This document shows positions 6,301 through 12,917 of a stretch of 26,549 bases of DNA, piece by piece. A program made the position numbers and the translations under genes. A model generated the notes under the pieces. That model ran no database searches. It was not told the origin of the DNA and saw nothing but the letters and a program-made list of their open reading frames with translations. Position 1 is the first letter of the stretch; the number at the start of each line of letters is the position of its first letter. The DNA is from a virus (Duplodnaviria > Heunggongvirae > Uroviricota > Caudoviricetes), in the IMG/VR virus record IMGVR_UViG_3300032286_000505, positions 64,001 to 90,549 of that record; one strand, written 5' to 3'.

Positions 6301-6376
6301 GCCTGGTTGCGCAGAGAGGTTATGCATCTCCTTTACACGGAGAACGATGTCAGTTCGAGTCTGACACCAGGTACCA
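6301..6376 (+). tRNA. tRNA-Val(TAC)
   Basis: GCCTGGT/ACCAGGT, loop TT-TAC-AC, CCA. Confidence 0.95.
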
Positions 6377-6383
6377 GTTTATT

Positions 6384-6462
6384 CGGAGTGTAGCTTAGTT
6401 TGGCTTAAAGCGCCTGCTTTGGGAGCAGGAGATCGTGAGTTCGAATCCCACCGTTCCGACCA
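6384..6462 (+). tRNA. tRNA-Pro(TGG)
   Basis: CGGAGTG/CGTTCCG, loop TT-TGG-GA, CCA. Confidence 0.95.
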
Positions 6463-6480
6463 AAAATAAAAGACATTGTT

Positions 6481-7179
6481 ATGCAACTATCAAATTATGA
6501 AGAAAGTAAAATTGTACTAAATGGCAATTGGCTTACTGAACCAACATCTAGATTGCAAATTGCCTGGTTCAATGCAATAGCAATGAATCATAAATTGCCC
6601 GATACCATTAGATTCATGGAGGGCATGAGTGGTAAAAAATATCGCAATCTTATCAATAATCTAGTTGGTGCTACACCTGATGCAAGATATTTAGAAGTAG
6701 GTAGTTGGGCAGGAAGCACAGCCTGTTCTGCAATTTATGGTAATACAGTTACTGCAACATGTATTGATAATTGGTCAGAGTTTGGTGGTCCTAAACATGC
6801 ATTTTTATCAAATGTAGGTTCTCATTTAACGGATAAAGTCAATTTTACTTTTATTGAAAAAGATTTTAGACAAGTAGATTATAAAAACATCGGAAAATAC
6901 AATATCTATATGTTTGACGGTCCTCACAGTGAACAAGACCAATTTGACGGTATTGTTATTGCTCAACCAGCATTAGATGATATTTTTACATTAATTGTAG
7001 ATGATTGGAATTTTCCTCAAGTAAGAACTGGAACAGTTAATGCCATTAAACAGCTGGGATTAAATATAATCGCAGACATTGACATAAAGAGTCGTTTAGA
7101 TAATCAGCATCCTAGTGTTGCAGGACCTCAAAGTGATTGGCACAACGGTTATTATATAGCGGTAGTTAGCAAACGATAA
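6481..7179 (+). CDS. Class I SAM-dependent methyltransferase (Methyltransf_24-like)
   Basis: YLEVGSWAGST, CIDNW, IYMFDGPH, LIVDDWN motifs. Confidence 0.8.
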   Translation: MQLSNYEESKIVLNGNWLTEPTSRLQIAWFNAIAMNHKLPDTIRFMEGMSGKKYRNLINNLVGATPDARYLEVGSWAGSTACSAIYGNTVTATCIDNWSEFGGPKHAFLSNVGSHLTDKVNFTFIEKDFRQVDYKNIGKYNIYMFDGPHSEQDQFDGIVIAQPALDDIFTLIVDDWNFPQVRTGTVNAIKQLGLNIIADIDIKSRLDNQHPSVAGPQSDWHNGYYIAVVSKR

Positions 7180-7237
7180 ATATAACATCACCATGGCACA
7201 CGGTGTATAATAGGATAAGTAGTGTGGCAAAGAATAT

Positions 7238-7311
7238 AGCGGGTAGGGTGGTCACCACACCGGTCTCATAAGCCAGGTGCATCGGCAGTTCGAATCTGTC
7301 ACCCGCATCCA
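7238..7311 (+). tRNA. Non-canonical tRNA with CAT anticodon (reduced D arm, extended anticodon stem)
   Basis: AGCGGGT/ACCCGCA (1:72 mismatch), tiny D arm, CACC-GGT-CTCATAA-GCC-A-GGTG, T arm GGCAG/CTGTC, T73, CCA. Confidence 0.7.
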
Positions 7312-7316
7312 AACAT

Positions 7317-7339
7317 GCCAGCGAGACTTGGAAGTCAGA
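7317..7339 (+). pseudogene. 5' fragment of a disrupted tRNA (acceptor 5' strand + short D arm)
   Basis: GCCAGCG-A-GACT-TGGA-AGTC; GCCAGCG is complementary to CGCTGGT at 8092-8098. Confidence 0.7.
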
Positions 7340-7940
7340 CTCGTTTCCATCCGCTCTTAGCGTATGCAGGTACTTGATTTGATTTGACAGTTTTAAGCAT
7401 ACTATCTTTAATTAATACAACATCTTTATAAGATTTGGATTTTTTAGGCTTGCGTAGAGTTTTGCCCGAAGCATAGTTTGCAGCTCGTTTTAGGGCGCCG
7501 GCTTTGCCTCTAGCAGATTGCTCTTCCGAAGATAGTTTATTAAACAATTGAGCATCTTTGTATGCCGAAACACTCCATAGTTGCTTCATTGCTTTAGAAA
7601 TAGATTCTCTACGTTGTAGTTCTGCTGTGGGGTTCTTAGAACATAAGCGAGGAGACGAAACTGCTTGGTTTAATACCATTGGATTAGTTACCGCTTTTAT
7701 ACGAGATAAAACTCTTGTTTCGTGTAATCTTGCTTCCTCGTAAGATTGAAACTTTTGTCTTACTTTGAATTTAAAGTTTTCGATTGGTTCTGCTTGAAGC
7801 ATTTGCTTTACAAGTTTAGAAGAAGAAAAATATGTTGTTCCAATATCAATTGTTGTTGATTTACGAACACCATAATAGATTTTGTTAGTTGGTAGGTGTT
7901 GAATTGAATAAGTATATGCGTTCATATACATATTTATCAT
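7335..7940 (-). CDS. GIY-YIG (Seg-like) homing endonuclease
   Basis: YTY...KIYYGVR (GIY-YIG variant), YFSSS, conserved E and N downstream; real start probably 7931 or 7925; stop codon supplied by the tRNA fragment. Confidence 0.78.
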   Translation of the reverse strand: MINMYMNAYTYSIQHLPTNKIYYGVRKSTTIDIGTTYFSSSKLVKQMLQAEPIENFKFKVRQKFQSYEEARLHETRVLSRIKAVTNPMVLNQAVSSPRLCSKNPTAELQRRESISKAMKQLWSVSAYKDAQLFNKLSSEEQSARGKAGALKRAANYASGKTLRKPKKSKSYKDVVLIKDSMLKTVKSNQVPAYAKSGWKRV

Positions 7941-7966
7941 CTACTGCTAAAATGTTTATAATATGT

Positions 7967-8057
7967 ACCTCTGTAGTTTAATGGTAAAACAGCGGATTTA
8001 TATCCCGTAGCAACAGATAATTGGTTAATGTGGGTTCGACTCCCGCCGGAGGTACCA
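7967..8057 (+). tRNA. tRNA with TAT anticodon (nominally Ile) and long variable arm
   Basis: ACCTCTG/CGGAGGT, loop TT-TAT-AT, 21-nt variable region AGCAACAGATAATTGGTTAAT, A73, CCA. Confidence 0.82.
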
Positions 8058-8058
8058 A

Positions 8059-8102
8059 TAGATAATATCAGTGAGAGGGTTCGATCCCCTCCGCTGGTAC
8101 CA
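8059..8102 (+). pseudogene. 3' fragment of the disrupted tRNA (variable remnant, T arm, acceptor 3' strand, ACCA)
   Basis: GAGGG-TTCGATC-CCCTC-CGCTGGT-A-CCA; pairs with 7317-7323. Confidence 0.72.
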
Positions 8103-8107
8103 TTTTT

Positions 8108-8223
8108 AGGATACATGCAGCAACGTCATTTATGACATGTTGGTTCGATTCCAACTCCACGCTTTTGCGTAGATCGCTCAATGGTAGAGCAATGGCTTAC
8201 ACGCCATCGAAAAAGGTATCCTG
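8108..8223 (+). ncRNA. Helix-CAGCAA motif RNA enclosing a circularly permuted tRNA-like domain (copy 3)
   Basis: AGGATAC-ATG-CAGCAA; hairpin GTCA/TGAC; T arm GTTGG-TTCGATT-CCAAC; acceptor TCCACGC-TTTT-GCGTAGA; D arm GCTC-AATGGTA-GAGC; hairpin ATGGC/GCCAT; GTATCCT-G. Confidence 0.85.
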
Positions 8224-8229
8224 TTTTAT

Positions 8230-8345
8230 TTTGTTATTCCGGACGCTCCGCAAGGAGAGGTGGTATCGAGCAGAGCGGCAACGTAGTTGTTATCGCGTCG
8301 TGAGGTTGTAGAACAATAAACTGACAAAATCTACAATATAACAAA
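8230..8345 (+). ncRNA. Unidentified multibranch structured RNA
   Basis: Outer stem TTTGTTAT/ATAACAAA, CTCC-GCAA-GGAG GNRA hairpin, TTGTAGA/TCTACAA stem. Confidence 0.5.
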
Positions 8346-8359
8346 TGGTTTGACCTCTT

Positions 8360-8478
8360 AGGTTCTTTTCAGCAATCTTATTAAAATCTTTCTGTAAAAA
8401 AGACGGGCCAGGTTCGAATCCTGGGCACTGCTTGGTCAGCGGTGTTGGTGTAGTGGTAGCACAAAAAATGAGAACCTG
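8360..8478 (+). ncRNA. Helix-CAGCAA motif RNA enclosing a complete circularly permuted tRNA with GTA anticodon loop (copy 4)
   Basis: AGGTTCT-TTT-CAGCAA; anticodon arm TCTTT-CTGTAAA-AAAGA; T arm CCAGG-TTCGAAT-CCTGG; acceptor GCACTGC...GCGGTGT closed by a loop; D arm GTGT-AGTGGTA-GCAC; AGAACCT-G. Confidence 0.88.
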
Positions 8479-8504
8479 TTATATCGGTAGATAAATAAAA
8501 ACAT

Positions 8505-8578
8505 GCGGGTATGATGTAAAGGTAACCTGATTGCTTGCCAAGCAATACATCCGAGTTCGATTCTCGGTACCCGCTCCA
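8505..8578 (+). tRNA. tRNA-Gly(GCC)
   Basis: GCGGGTA/TACCCGC, U73, loop TT-GCC-AA, CCA. Confidence 0.95.
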
Positions 8579-8581
8579 AAT

Positions 8582-8732
8582 AGGCCGGACCTGTATCCAT
8601 ATTCCGGCTCCGCTGACGCGAAAACAGGATGGGCTGCGCTCACGGGGTTTGATGGTTTCCTGACACAACAATAACTATCACTAATAACAAGGCCTTGCCC
8701 AATGGAACATAGTTCTACGGTGAGGTTTTCTC
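8582..8732 (+). ncRNA. Structured RNA, candidate manA RNA motif
   Basis: GCCGGA/TCCGGC stem with loop CCTG complementary to CAGG(8625-28); GATGGTT/AACTATC stem; AGGCC/GGCCT closure; tRNA-adjacent. Family call is from recollection, not a search. Confidence 0.5.
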
Positions 8733-8761
8733 TTGACTGACACACAGAAAGAAAGTATAAT
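8733..8761 (+). promoter_or_regulatory. sigma70-type promoter
   Basis: TTGACT-17nt-TATAAT. Confidence 0.75.
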
Positions 8762-8767
8762 TGATAC

Positions 8768-9019
8768 ATGTATAAAGTAATAGGAAAAGAAGAAACATTC
8801 AAAGTTCTTACTCTAACAGAAGCAATGAACGTTGCCAAGAGTATGAATGAATTTGTAAGAATCGTAGGTTCGGACTTTGAAGTATGTGGCATGTTTGGTG
8901 TAGACTCTATCAAGGACGGAGTGTGTCCAGATGGTGTTGCCTACGATTGGAACAAAGCATCGCGTATAGGCGGTATGAAAAGAGAAAGAAATGTCATCGA
9001 AGATTCAACTCGAACATAG
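8768..9019 (+). CDS. Hypothetical protein
   Basis: ORF directly after a promoter, co-oriented. Confidence 0.75.
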   Translation: MYKVIGKEETFKVLTLTEAMNVAKSMNEFVRIVGSDFEVCGMFGVDSIKDGVCPDGVAYDWNKASRIGGMKRERNVIEDSTRT

Positions 9020-9251
9020 AGATAAATTAGGACGACTACTAGCAGTAGGCGATGCAGTTTGTTATCCTAGCCATAACAGCCTAGAACTAGGTACAGTAAA
9101 GAAACTTAATCCCAAAATGGTTAAAGTTCATGAAGCAGGAAGGGCCAGCAGTAAATGGTATACTGGCAGTAACAAGTATCCTAGCGATCTTGTTAAAGTT
9201 GACGGACCTGAGGTTACTATGTATCTTTTGAGGATGAATACTTCTGCCTAG
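8991..9251 (+). CDS. Hypothetical protein (possibly SH3/KOW-like beta fold)
   Basis: DKLGRLLAVGDAV...GTVKKLNPKMVKV pattern; overlaps the previous gene end. Confidence 0.7.
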   Translation: MSSKIQLEHRDKLGRLLAVGDAVCYPSHNSLELGTVKKLNPKMVKVHEAGRASSKWYTGSNKYPSDLVKVDGPEVTMYLLRMNTSA

Positions 9252-9438
9252 CCCGTTCTAATCTAACTTTTAGTTCTTCTGCAACTGCCCAATCAGTAGT
9301 CGCTAATCTAGCTAACCAACCTACTATTAGGCCTTTTTGAGCTGCCAATGTTTCTCCCTTTGTGGGATATTCGTAGTAGTTCAACAGCTCAAATAGATCG
9401 TCGGCTTTTTGTTGTTTGCGAGTCTTCTGATTGGACAT
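9217..9438 (-). CDS. Hypothetical protein on the reverse strand
   Basis: Fills the gap between + genes; TAAATA motif on the minus strand at 9444-9449 just upstream of ATG. Confidence 0.6.
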   Translation of the reverse strand: MSNQKTRKQQKADDLFELLNYYEYPTKGETLAAQKGLIVGWLARLATTDWAVAEELKVRLERARQKYSSSKDT

Positions 9439-9454
9439 ACTATTATTTACTGGC

Positions 9455-9483
9455 TTGACAAAATGGTAAAGTGATACTATAAT
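9455..9483 (+). promoter_or_regulatory. sigma70-type promoter
   Basis: TTGACA-17nt-TATAAT. Confidence 0.8.
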
Positions 9484-9508
9484 TGTATATAAAATGTAGG
9501 AGAATAGA

Positions 9509-9976
9509 ATGCCATGGATTGAAAACGTTGCCGCTGATGATATCCCAAAGAGGTTCCATCACGAAGCAGGTGAGAATAGTATGCTGATCAGCATTGTTGA
9601 TCCAGCAAGCTGGCGCCCTACTCCTGCACACAAGTTCAAAGAAATTCACAATTTTGAATTTCTAGACGTAGAAGCCAAGGACGAAGTATTAGAAGAAGCA
9701 ATGAAGTGCAGCCAAGAACAGGCCAACGAGCTTGTTCGACTGCTACAACATGCACTGGCTAACAGAATGAACGTTGTTGTTCATTGCTATGCAGGCATCT
9801 GCCGTAGTGGTGCTGTATGTGAAGTTGGAGTCATGCTGGGATTTGAAGATACCGGACGATTCCGTAGTCCAAACTTATTGGTCAAGCATCGTATGATGCG
9901 GGCTTTGGGTTGGACGTATGATGAAGATGAAAAGCCAAACATTGACGATTGGCGAACTTTTAGGAGTGTAGATTAA
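9509..9976 (+). CDS. Cys-based (CX5R) tyrosine/dual-specificity phosphatase-like protein
   Basis: VVVHCYAGICRSGAV active-site loop. Confidence 0.85.
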   Translation: MPWIENVAADDIPKRFHHEAGENSMLISIVDPASWRPTPAHKFKEIHNFEFLDVEAKDEVLEEAMKCSQEQANELVRLLQHALANRMNVVVHCYAGICRSGAVCEVGVMLGFEDTGRFRSPNLLVKHRMMRALGWTYDEDEKPNIDDWRTFRSVD

Positions 9977-10458
9977 TGCCGAAATGCTATCAATTGATCG
10001 GAGTGCCTGGTTCAGGCAAAAGTACCTGGGTAGCTGAACAAGATTGGGCAATAACCTGTTCTTGTATTAGCACAGACAAGTGGGTTGAAATCTATGCTAA
10101 GGAAGTGGGCCGAACTTACTCCGAAGTGTTTACAGATTTTATGCCCACTGCTGTAGATCTTATGGCCAAGGAAGTTGTTGTAGCTCGTGAATTAGGTCGT
10201 GATATTATTTGGGATCAAACTTCTACTTCGATTAAAAGCCGCAATAGGAAGTTCAACATGTTGCCAGACTACGAGCACATTGCTGTGGTGTTTAAGACAC
10301 CCGAGTACACAGAACTCATGCGTCGATTGGCCAGCCGGCCGGGCAAAGATATTCCAGATCATGTGATTGCCAGCATGATTGAAGGATTCCAAATGCCTAC
10401 AGAGGAAGAAGGTTTTGCACAAGTTTGGTTCGTCAATAACTGTTTTCCTTTGAGGTAA
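9976..10458 (+). CDS. P-loop kinase (AAA_33 / polynucleotide kinase-like)
   Basis: LIGVPGSGKSTW Walker A; IIWDQT; RLASR lid. Confidence 0.82.
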   Translation: MPKCYQLIGVPGSGKSTWVAEQDWAITCSCISTDKWVEIYAKEVGRTYSEVFTDFMPTAVDLMAKEVVVARELGRDIIWDQTSTSIKSRNRKFNMLPDYEHIAVVFKTPEYTELMRRLASRPGKDIPDHVIASMIEGFQMPTEEEGFAQVWFVNNCFPLR

Positions 10459-10463
10459 TTACC

Positions 10464-10488
10464 GCCCTGCTTGACAGGGCTTTCTTTT
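10464..10488 (+). terminator. Intrinsic terminator overlapping the next -35 box
   Basis: GCCCTG-CTTGA-CAGGGC-TTTCTTTT. Confidence 0.6.
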
Positions 10489-10499
10489 GATGTTATAAT
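10471..10499 (+). promoter_or_regulatory. sigma70-type promoter (extended -10)
   Basis: TTGACA-17nt-TATAAT with TG upstream. Confidence 0.8.
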
Positions 10500-10527
10500 A
10501 TATGCTTACACAGCAAAAGGATATAAA

Positions 10528-10701
10528 ATGGCCGGCAAAGCAAAATCAATCTACCTCACAGTTCTGCCCAAGGGTAAACATATGAGCGTGTTCAAGAAGG
10601 TCTTCTTCGAAGCCAAATCTTATAATGAATACGTCAAGACTGAAGAATTTAAAACTAAATGGCCTGCTGAACTATATGATATTGTAAAAGAGACATACTA
10701 A
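10528..10701 (+). CDS. Hypothetical protein (57 aa)
   Basis: AAAGGA RBS then ATG at 10528; the track start at 10471 is the -35 box. Confidence 0.72.
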   Translation: MAGKAKSIYLTVLPKGKHMSVFKKVFFEAKSYNEYVKTEEFKTKWPAELYDIVKETY

Positions 10702-11252
10702 TGAGAACATGGATAACCAGTGATTTACATTTTGGGCACACGAACATAATGAAGTTCTGCCCACAGTCACGTGCGCGGTTTCGCAATGACGTGAACTACA
10801 TGAACGAGCAAATGGTTGCAGAATGGAACTCATTTGTGCAACCGGAAGACCTTGTTTACATCTTAGGTGACGTTGCGTTCCTGCCAGCCCAAAAGGCTAC
10901 GGAATATATGCGCCGTTGTAATGGTCGTAAGATCCTAGTGCAAGGTAACCACGACCGCAAGTTGTTGAACGATCCTAGCTTCCGTTCGTGCTTCGAAGAA
11001 ATTCATCACTATTTGGATATAAATTATAACGGTCACAAGATTGTTATGTTACACTACCCAATCGCAGAATGGGACCAAATGCACCGCGGCGCACTACATT
11101 TTCACGGACACTTACACGGTGGTACTAGTGGAATGGAAGCCTTCCGTTGCCGCGATATGGGCATGGATGCTACAGGAATGATTGTTGTAGAAATGGAAAG
11201 AGCCATTTCAGACGCATTAACGGGCAAGATTAAAGGTCATCATACTGGTTGA
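10701..11252 (+). CDS. Calcineurin-like metallophosphoesterase
   Basis: SDLHFGH, LGDV, GNHD, HYP, HGHLH motifs. Confidence 0.9.
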   Translation: MRTWITSDLHFGHTNIMKFCPQSRARFRNDVNYMNEQMVAEWNSFVQPEDLVYILGDVAFLPAQKATEYMRRCNGRKILVQGNHDRKLLNDPSFRSCFEEIHHYLDINYNGHKIVMLHYPIAEWDQMHRGALHFHGHLHGGTSGMEAFRCRDMGMDATGMIVVEMERAISDALTGKIKGHHTG

Positions 11253-11277
11253 CAGCATGGTAAAACCATGCTATAAT
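11249..11277 (+). promoter_or_regulatory. sigma70-type promoter with spacer palindrome
   Basis: TTGACA-17nt-TATAAT; AGCATGG-TAAAA-CCATGCT. Confidence 0.85.
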
Positions 11278-11303
11278 ATACACTTACTAACAAGGAGAGT
11301 AGC

Positions 11304-11840
11304 ATGAAAGATTTTACAATGGACCAAAGTGGGATGGATATTGTGCGTAAGGCACAGGTCTATGCCATGGCTGCTCACGCCGCAGTTGGACAGAAGCGTA
11401 AGTATACCGGTGAGCCCTACATTGTTCACCCTGCCGAAGTTGCCAAGATCGTAGCCAGTGTTCCAGGTGCTACACCTGACATGGTTGCGGCTGCTTGGTT
11501 GCATGATGTTGTGGAAGACACTGGTTGCACATTTACTGACATCCATATGGCGTTCGGTATCGACATTGCTACTTTGGTTGGATGGTTGACTGACGTGTCT
11601 AAGCCCGAAGATGGCAATCGTGCTCATCGTAAGGCCATGGACCGTGAGCATACTGCGGCGGCCCCTGCTGAAGCACAGACCATCAAGTTGGCTGATTTGA
11701 TCTCCAACAGCCGTAGCATCATGGCACACGATCCTGCTTTCGCTAGGACTTACTTAGAAGAAAAGCGTTTGATGTTAGCTGTAATGACTCGTGGTGATGC
11801 AGGTTTGCACGCCGAAGCTAGCCGGTTCGTGGGTGTATGA
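11304..11840 (+). CDS. HD-domain hydrolase, RelA/SpoT hydrolase (Mesh1/SAH)-like
   Basis: AHAAVGQKRKYTGEPYIVHP...AWLHDVVEDT...IKLADLISN. Confidence 0.85.
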   Translation: MKDFTMDQSGMDIVRKAQVYAMAAHAAVGQKRKYTGEPYIVHPAEVAKIVASVPGATPDMVAAAWLHDVVEDTGCTFTDIHMAFGIDIATLVGWLTDVSKPEDGNRAHRKAMDREHTAAAPAEAQTIKLADLISNSRSIMAHDPAFARTYLEEKRLMLAVMTRGDAGLHAEASRFVGV

Positions 11841-12130
11841 TTGATTTAGACGTTAATAGTTTTTATCCGCATACTCCTATGAACTGGTTTACTAAACGAC
11901 CCCGTAGTTTAGAACTGCGGGTTCGAGAAGAACTTGCTCCTCAGAAATACACTGTGTATTATTCCGGTGGTGATTGGTGGGAAGACAAGGACGAAATGAC
12001 TGCATGGTGCTCGAAACAGTTTGGACACAGAAACGAAGGATATAACAATCCACGCTGGAGTCCGGGACCTTTCGAGTTCTGTTTTAAAAATCAAAAGGAC
12101 GCCGTGTTCTTTATTTTAAAGTGGGGTTAA
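11837..12130 (+). CDS. Hypothetical protein
   Basis: ATGA coupling to the upstream gene; C-term AVFFILKWG. Confidence 0.72.
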   Translation: MIDLDVNSFYPHTPMNWFTKRPRSLELRVREELAPQKYTVYYSGGDWWEDKDEMTAWCSKQFGHRNEGYNNPRWSPGPFEFCFKNQKDAVFFILKWG

Positions 12131-12131
12131 A

Positions 12132-12347
12132 ATGAACGAACGAATTGATCAACTGATGGTTAAGGCCGGAGCATACTTTGGTGGCGATGGTGTTGTTTAT
12201 GACAACTTTGATCCCAAAAAGTTCGCCGAGTTGATTGTTAAAAAATGTATGGATGTTGCCAAATATCACACACCTGACACAGAAGAATGTGAATATACAT
12301 GGTTGGTCCATGACAAGATTAAGAAACATTTCGGAGTTGAAGAATGA
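12132..12347 (+). CDS. Hypothetical protein
   Basis: Tightly packed co-oriented ORF (MNERI...KKHFGVEE). Confidence 0.75.
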   Translation: MNERIDQLMVKAGAYFGGDGVVYDNFDPKKFAELIVKKCMDVAKYHTPDTEECEYTWLVHDKIKKHFGVEE

Positions 12348-12547
12348 CAGATTTAGAAAAACTTGAAGCACGAATTGAAGCAGTTGATACAGCCATTGCC
12401 AGTGTAAAAATGGCTCTGGGTGTGGATCGTAAATTGGGACATGATAAACATCCCAATGGTCACTACACTAAGGCGTTGGCAGAACTTATGACTATCCAGT
12501 CAAGTTTGAACGCATTACGAATTCGACTGATTGCAGTAGGTAGATGA
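12344..12547 (+). CDS. Hypothetical protein (coiled-coil-like)
   Basis: ATGA overlap with the previous gene. Confidence 0.7.
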   Translation: MTDLEKLEARIEAVDTAIASVKMALGVDRKLGHDKHPNGHYTKALAELMTIQSSLNALRIRLIAVGR

Positions 12548-12548
12548 T

Positions 12549-12668
12549 ATGAATACCTACATCACAAACAAATACGATTCAATCCGACTGCCCAATGAAC
12601 CGGGCATGTTGGAATGGTTGTTAGTAAATTATCCACATTCTGGATATTACATTGTGGAGGCTGTATGA
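12549..12668 (+). CDS. Small hypothetical protein (39 aa), not in ORF track
   Basis: MNTYITNKYDSIRLPNEPGMLEWLLVNYPHSGYYIVEAV*, fills the gap with coupled start/stop. Confidence 0.6.
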   Translation: MNTYITNKYDSIRLPNEPGMLEWLLVNYPHSGYYIVEAV

Positions 12669-12850
12669 TAGATGAAAGCCATTTGCCTGTAGCAGAACAG
12701 AGTCTTGTTTTCCGTTTGCGAAAAAGAGCCGAAATACGCAGGCAGATTCCCGGACGTAAAAGCGTCCAAGAAGGTGCACGAGATCGTATTGCCGACCTAT
12801 TGGAAGAAGCCGCAAATGAAATCGAACATTTACAAAATAATTTAAAATAA
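12665..12850 (+). CDS. Hypothetical protein (61 aa)
   Basis: ATGA-coupled start at 12665 (MIDESHLP...DLLEEAANEIE). Confidence 0.7.
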   Translation: MIDESHLPVAEQSLVFRLRKRAEIRRQIPGRKSVQEGARDRIADLLEEAANEIEHLQNNLK

Positions 12851-12853
12851 GTG

Positions 12854-12882
12854 TTGACAAGAAGCGTAAAGTACGCTATAAT
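12854..12882 (+). promoter_or_regulatory. sigma70-type promoter of the DUF2828 operon, with spacer palindrome
   Basis: TTGACA-17nt-TATAAT; AGCGT-AAAGT-ACGCT. Confidence 0.85.
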
Positions 12883-12917
12883 TAATGCTTAGAAAGAAAC
12901 AAAACATATTTGTTTTT

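Noticed and set aside
7190-7230. Micro-ORF MAHGV / sigma54-like TGGCAC / weak hairpin
   Set aside because: Too short; the -12 box is absent; the pairing is ambiguous
7340-8058. Group I/II intron in the split tRNA
   Set aside because: The antisense ORF abuts the 5' fragment, a whole tRNA lies inside, the anticodon arm of the host tRNA is missing, and no intron core is visible
2677-8913. ORFs 2677-2985, 3544-3729, 3548-3742, 6201-6398, 8381-8671, 8479-8913
   Set aside because: Shadow ORFs over tRNAs and structured RNAs
10511-10516. CAGCAA here and at 26467-26472 as further motif copies
   Set aside because: No flanking 7-bp helix or NTN spacer; they are simply adjacent to RBSs
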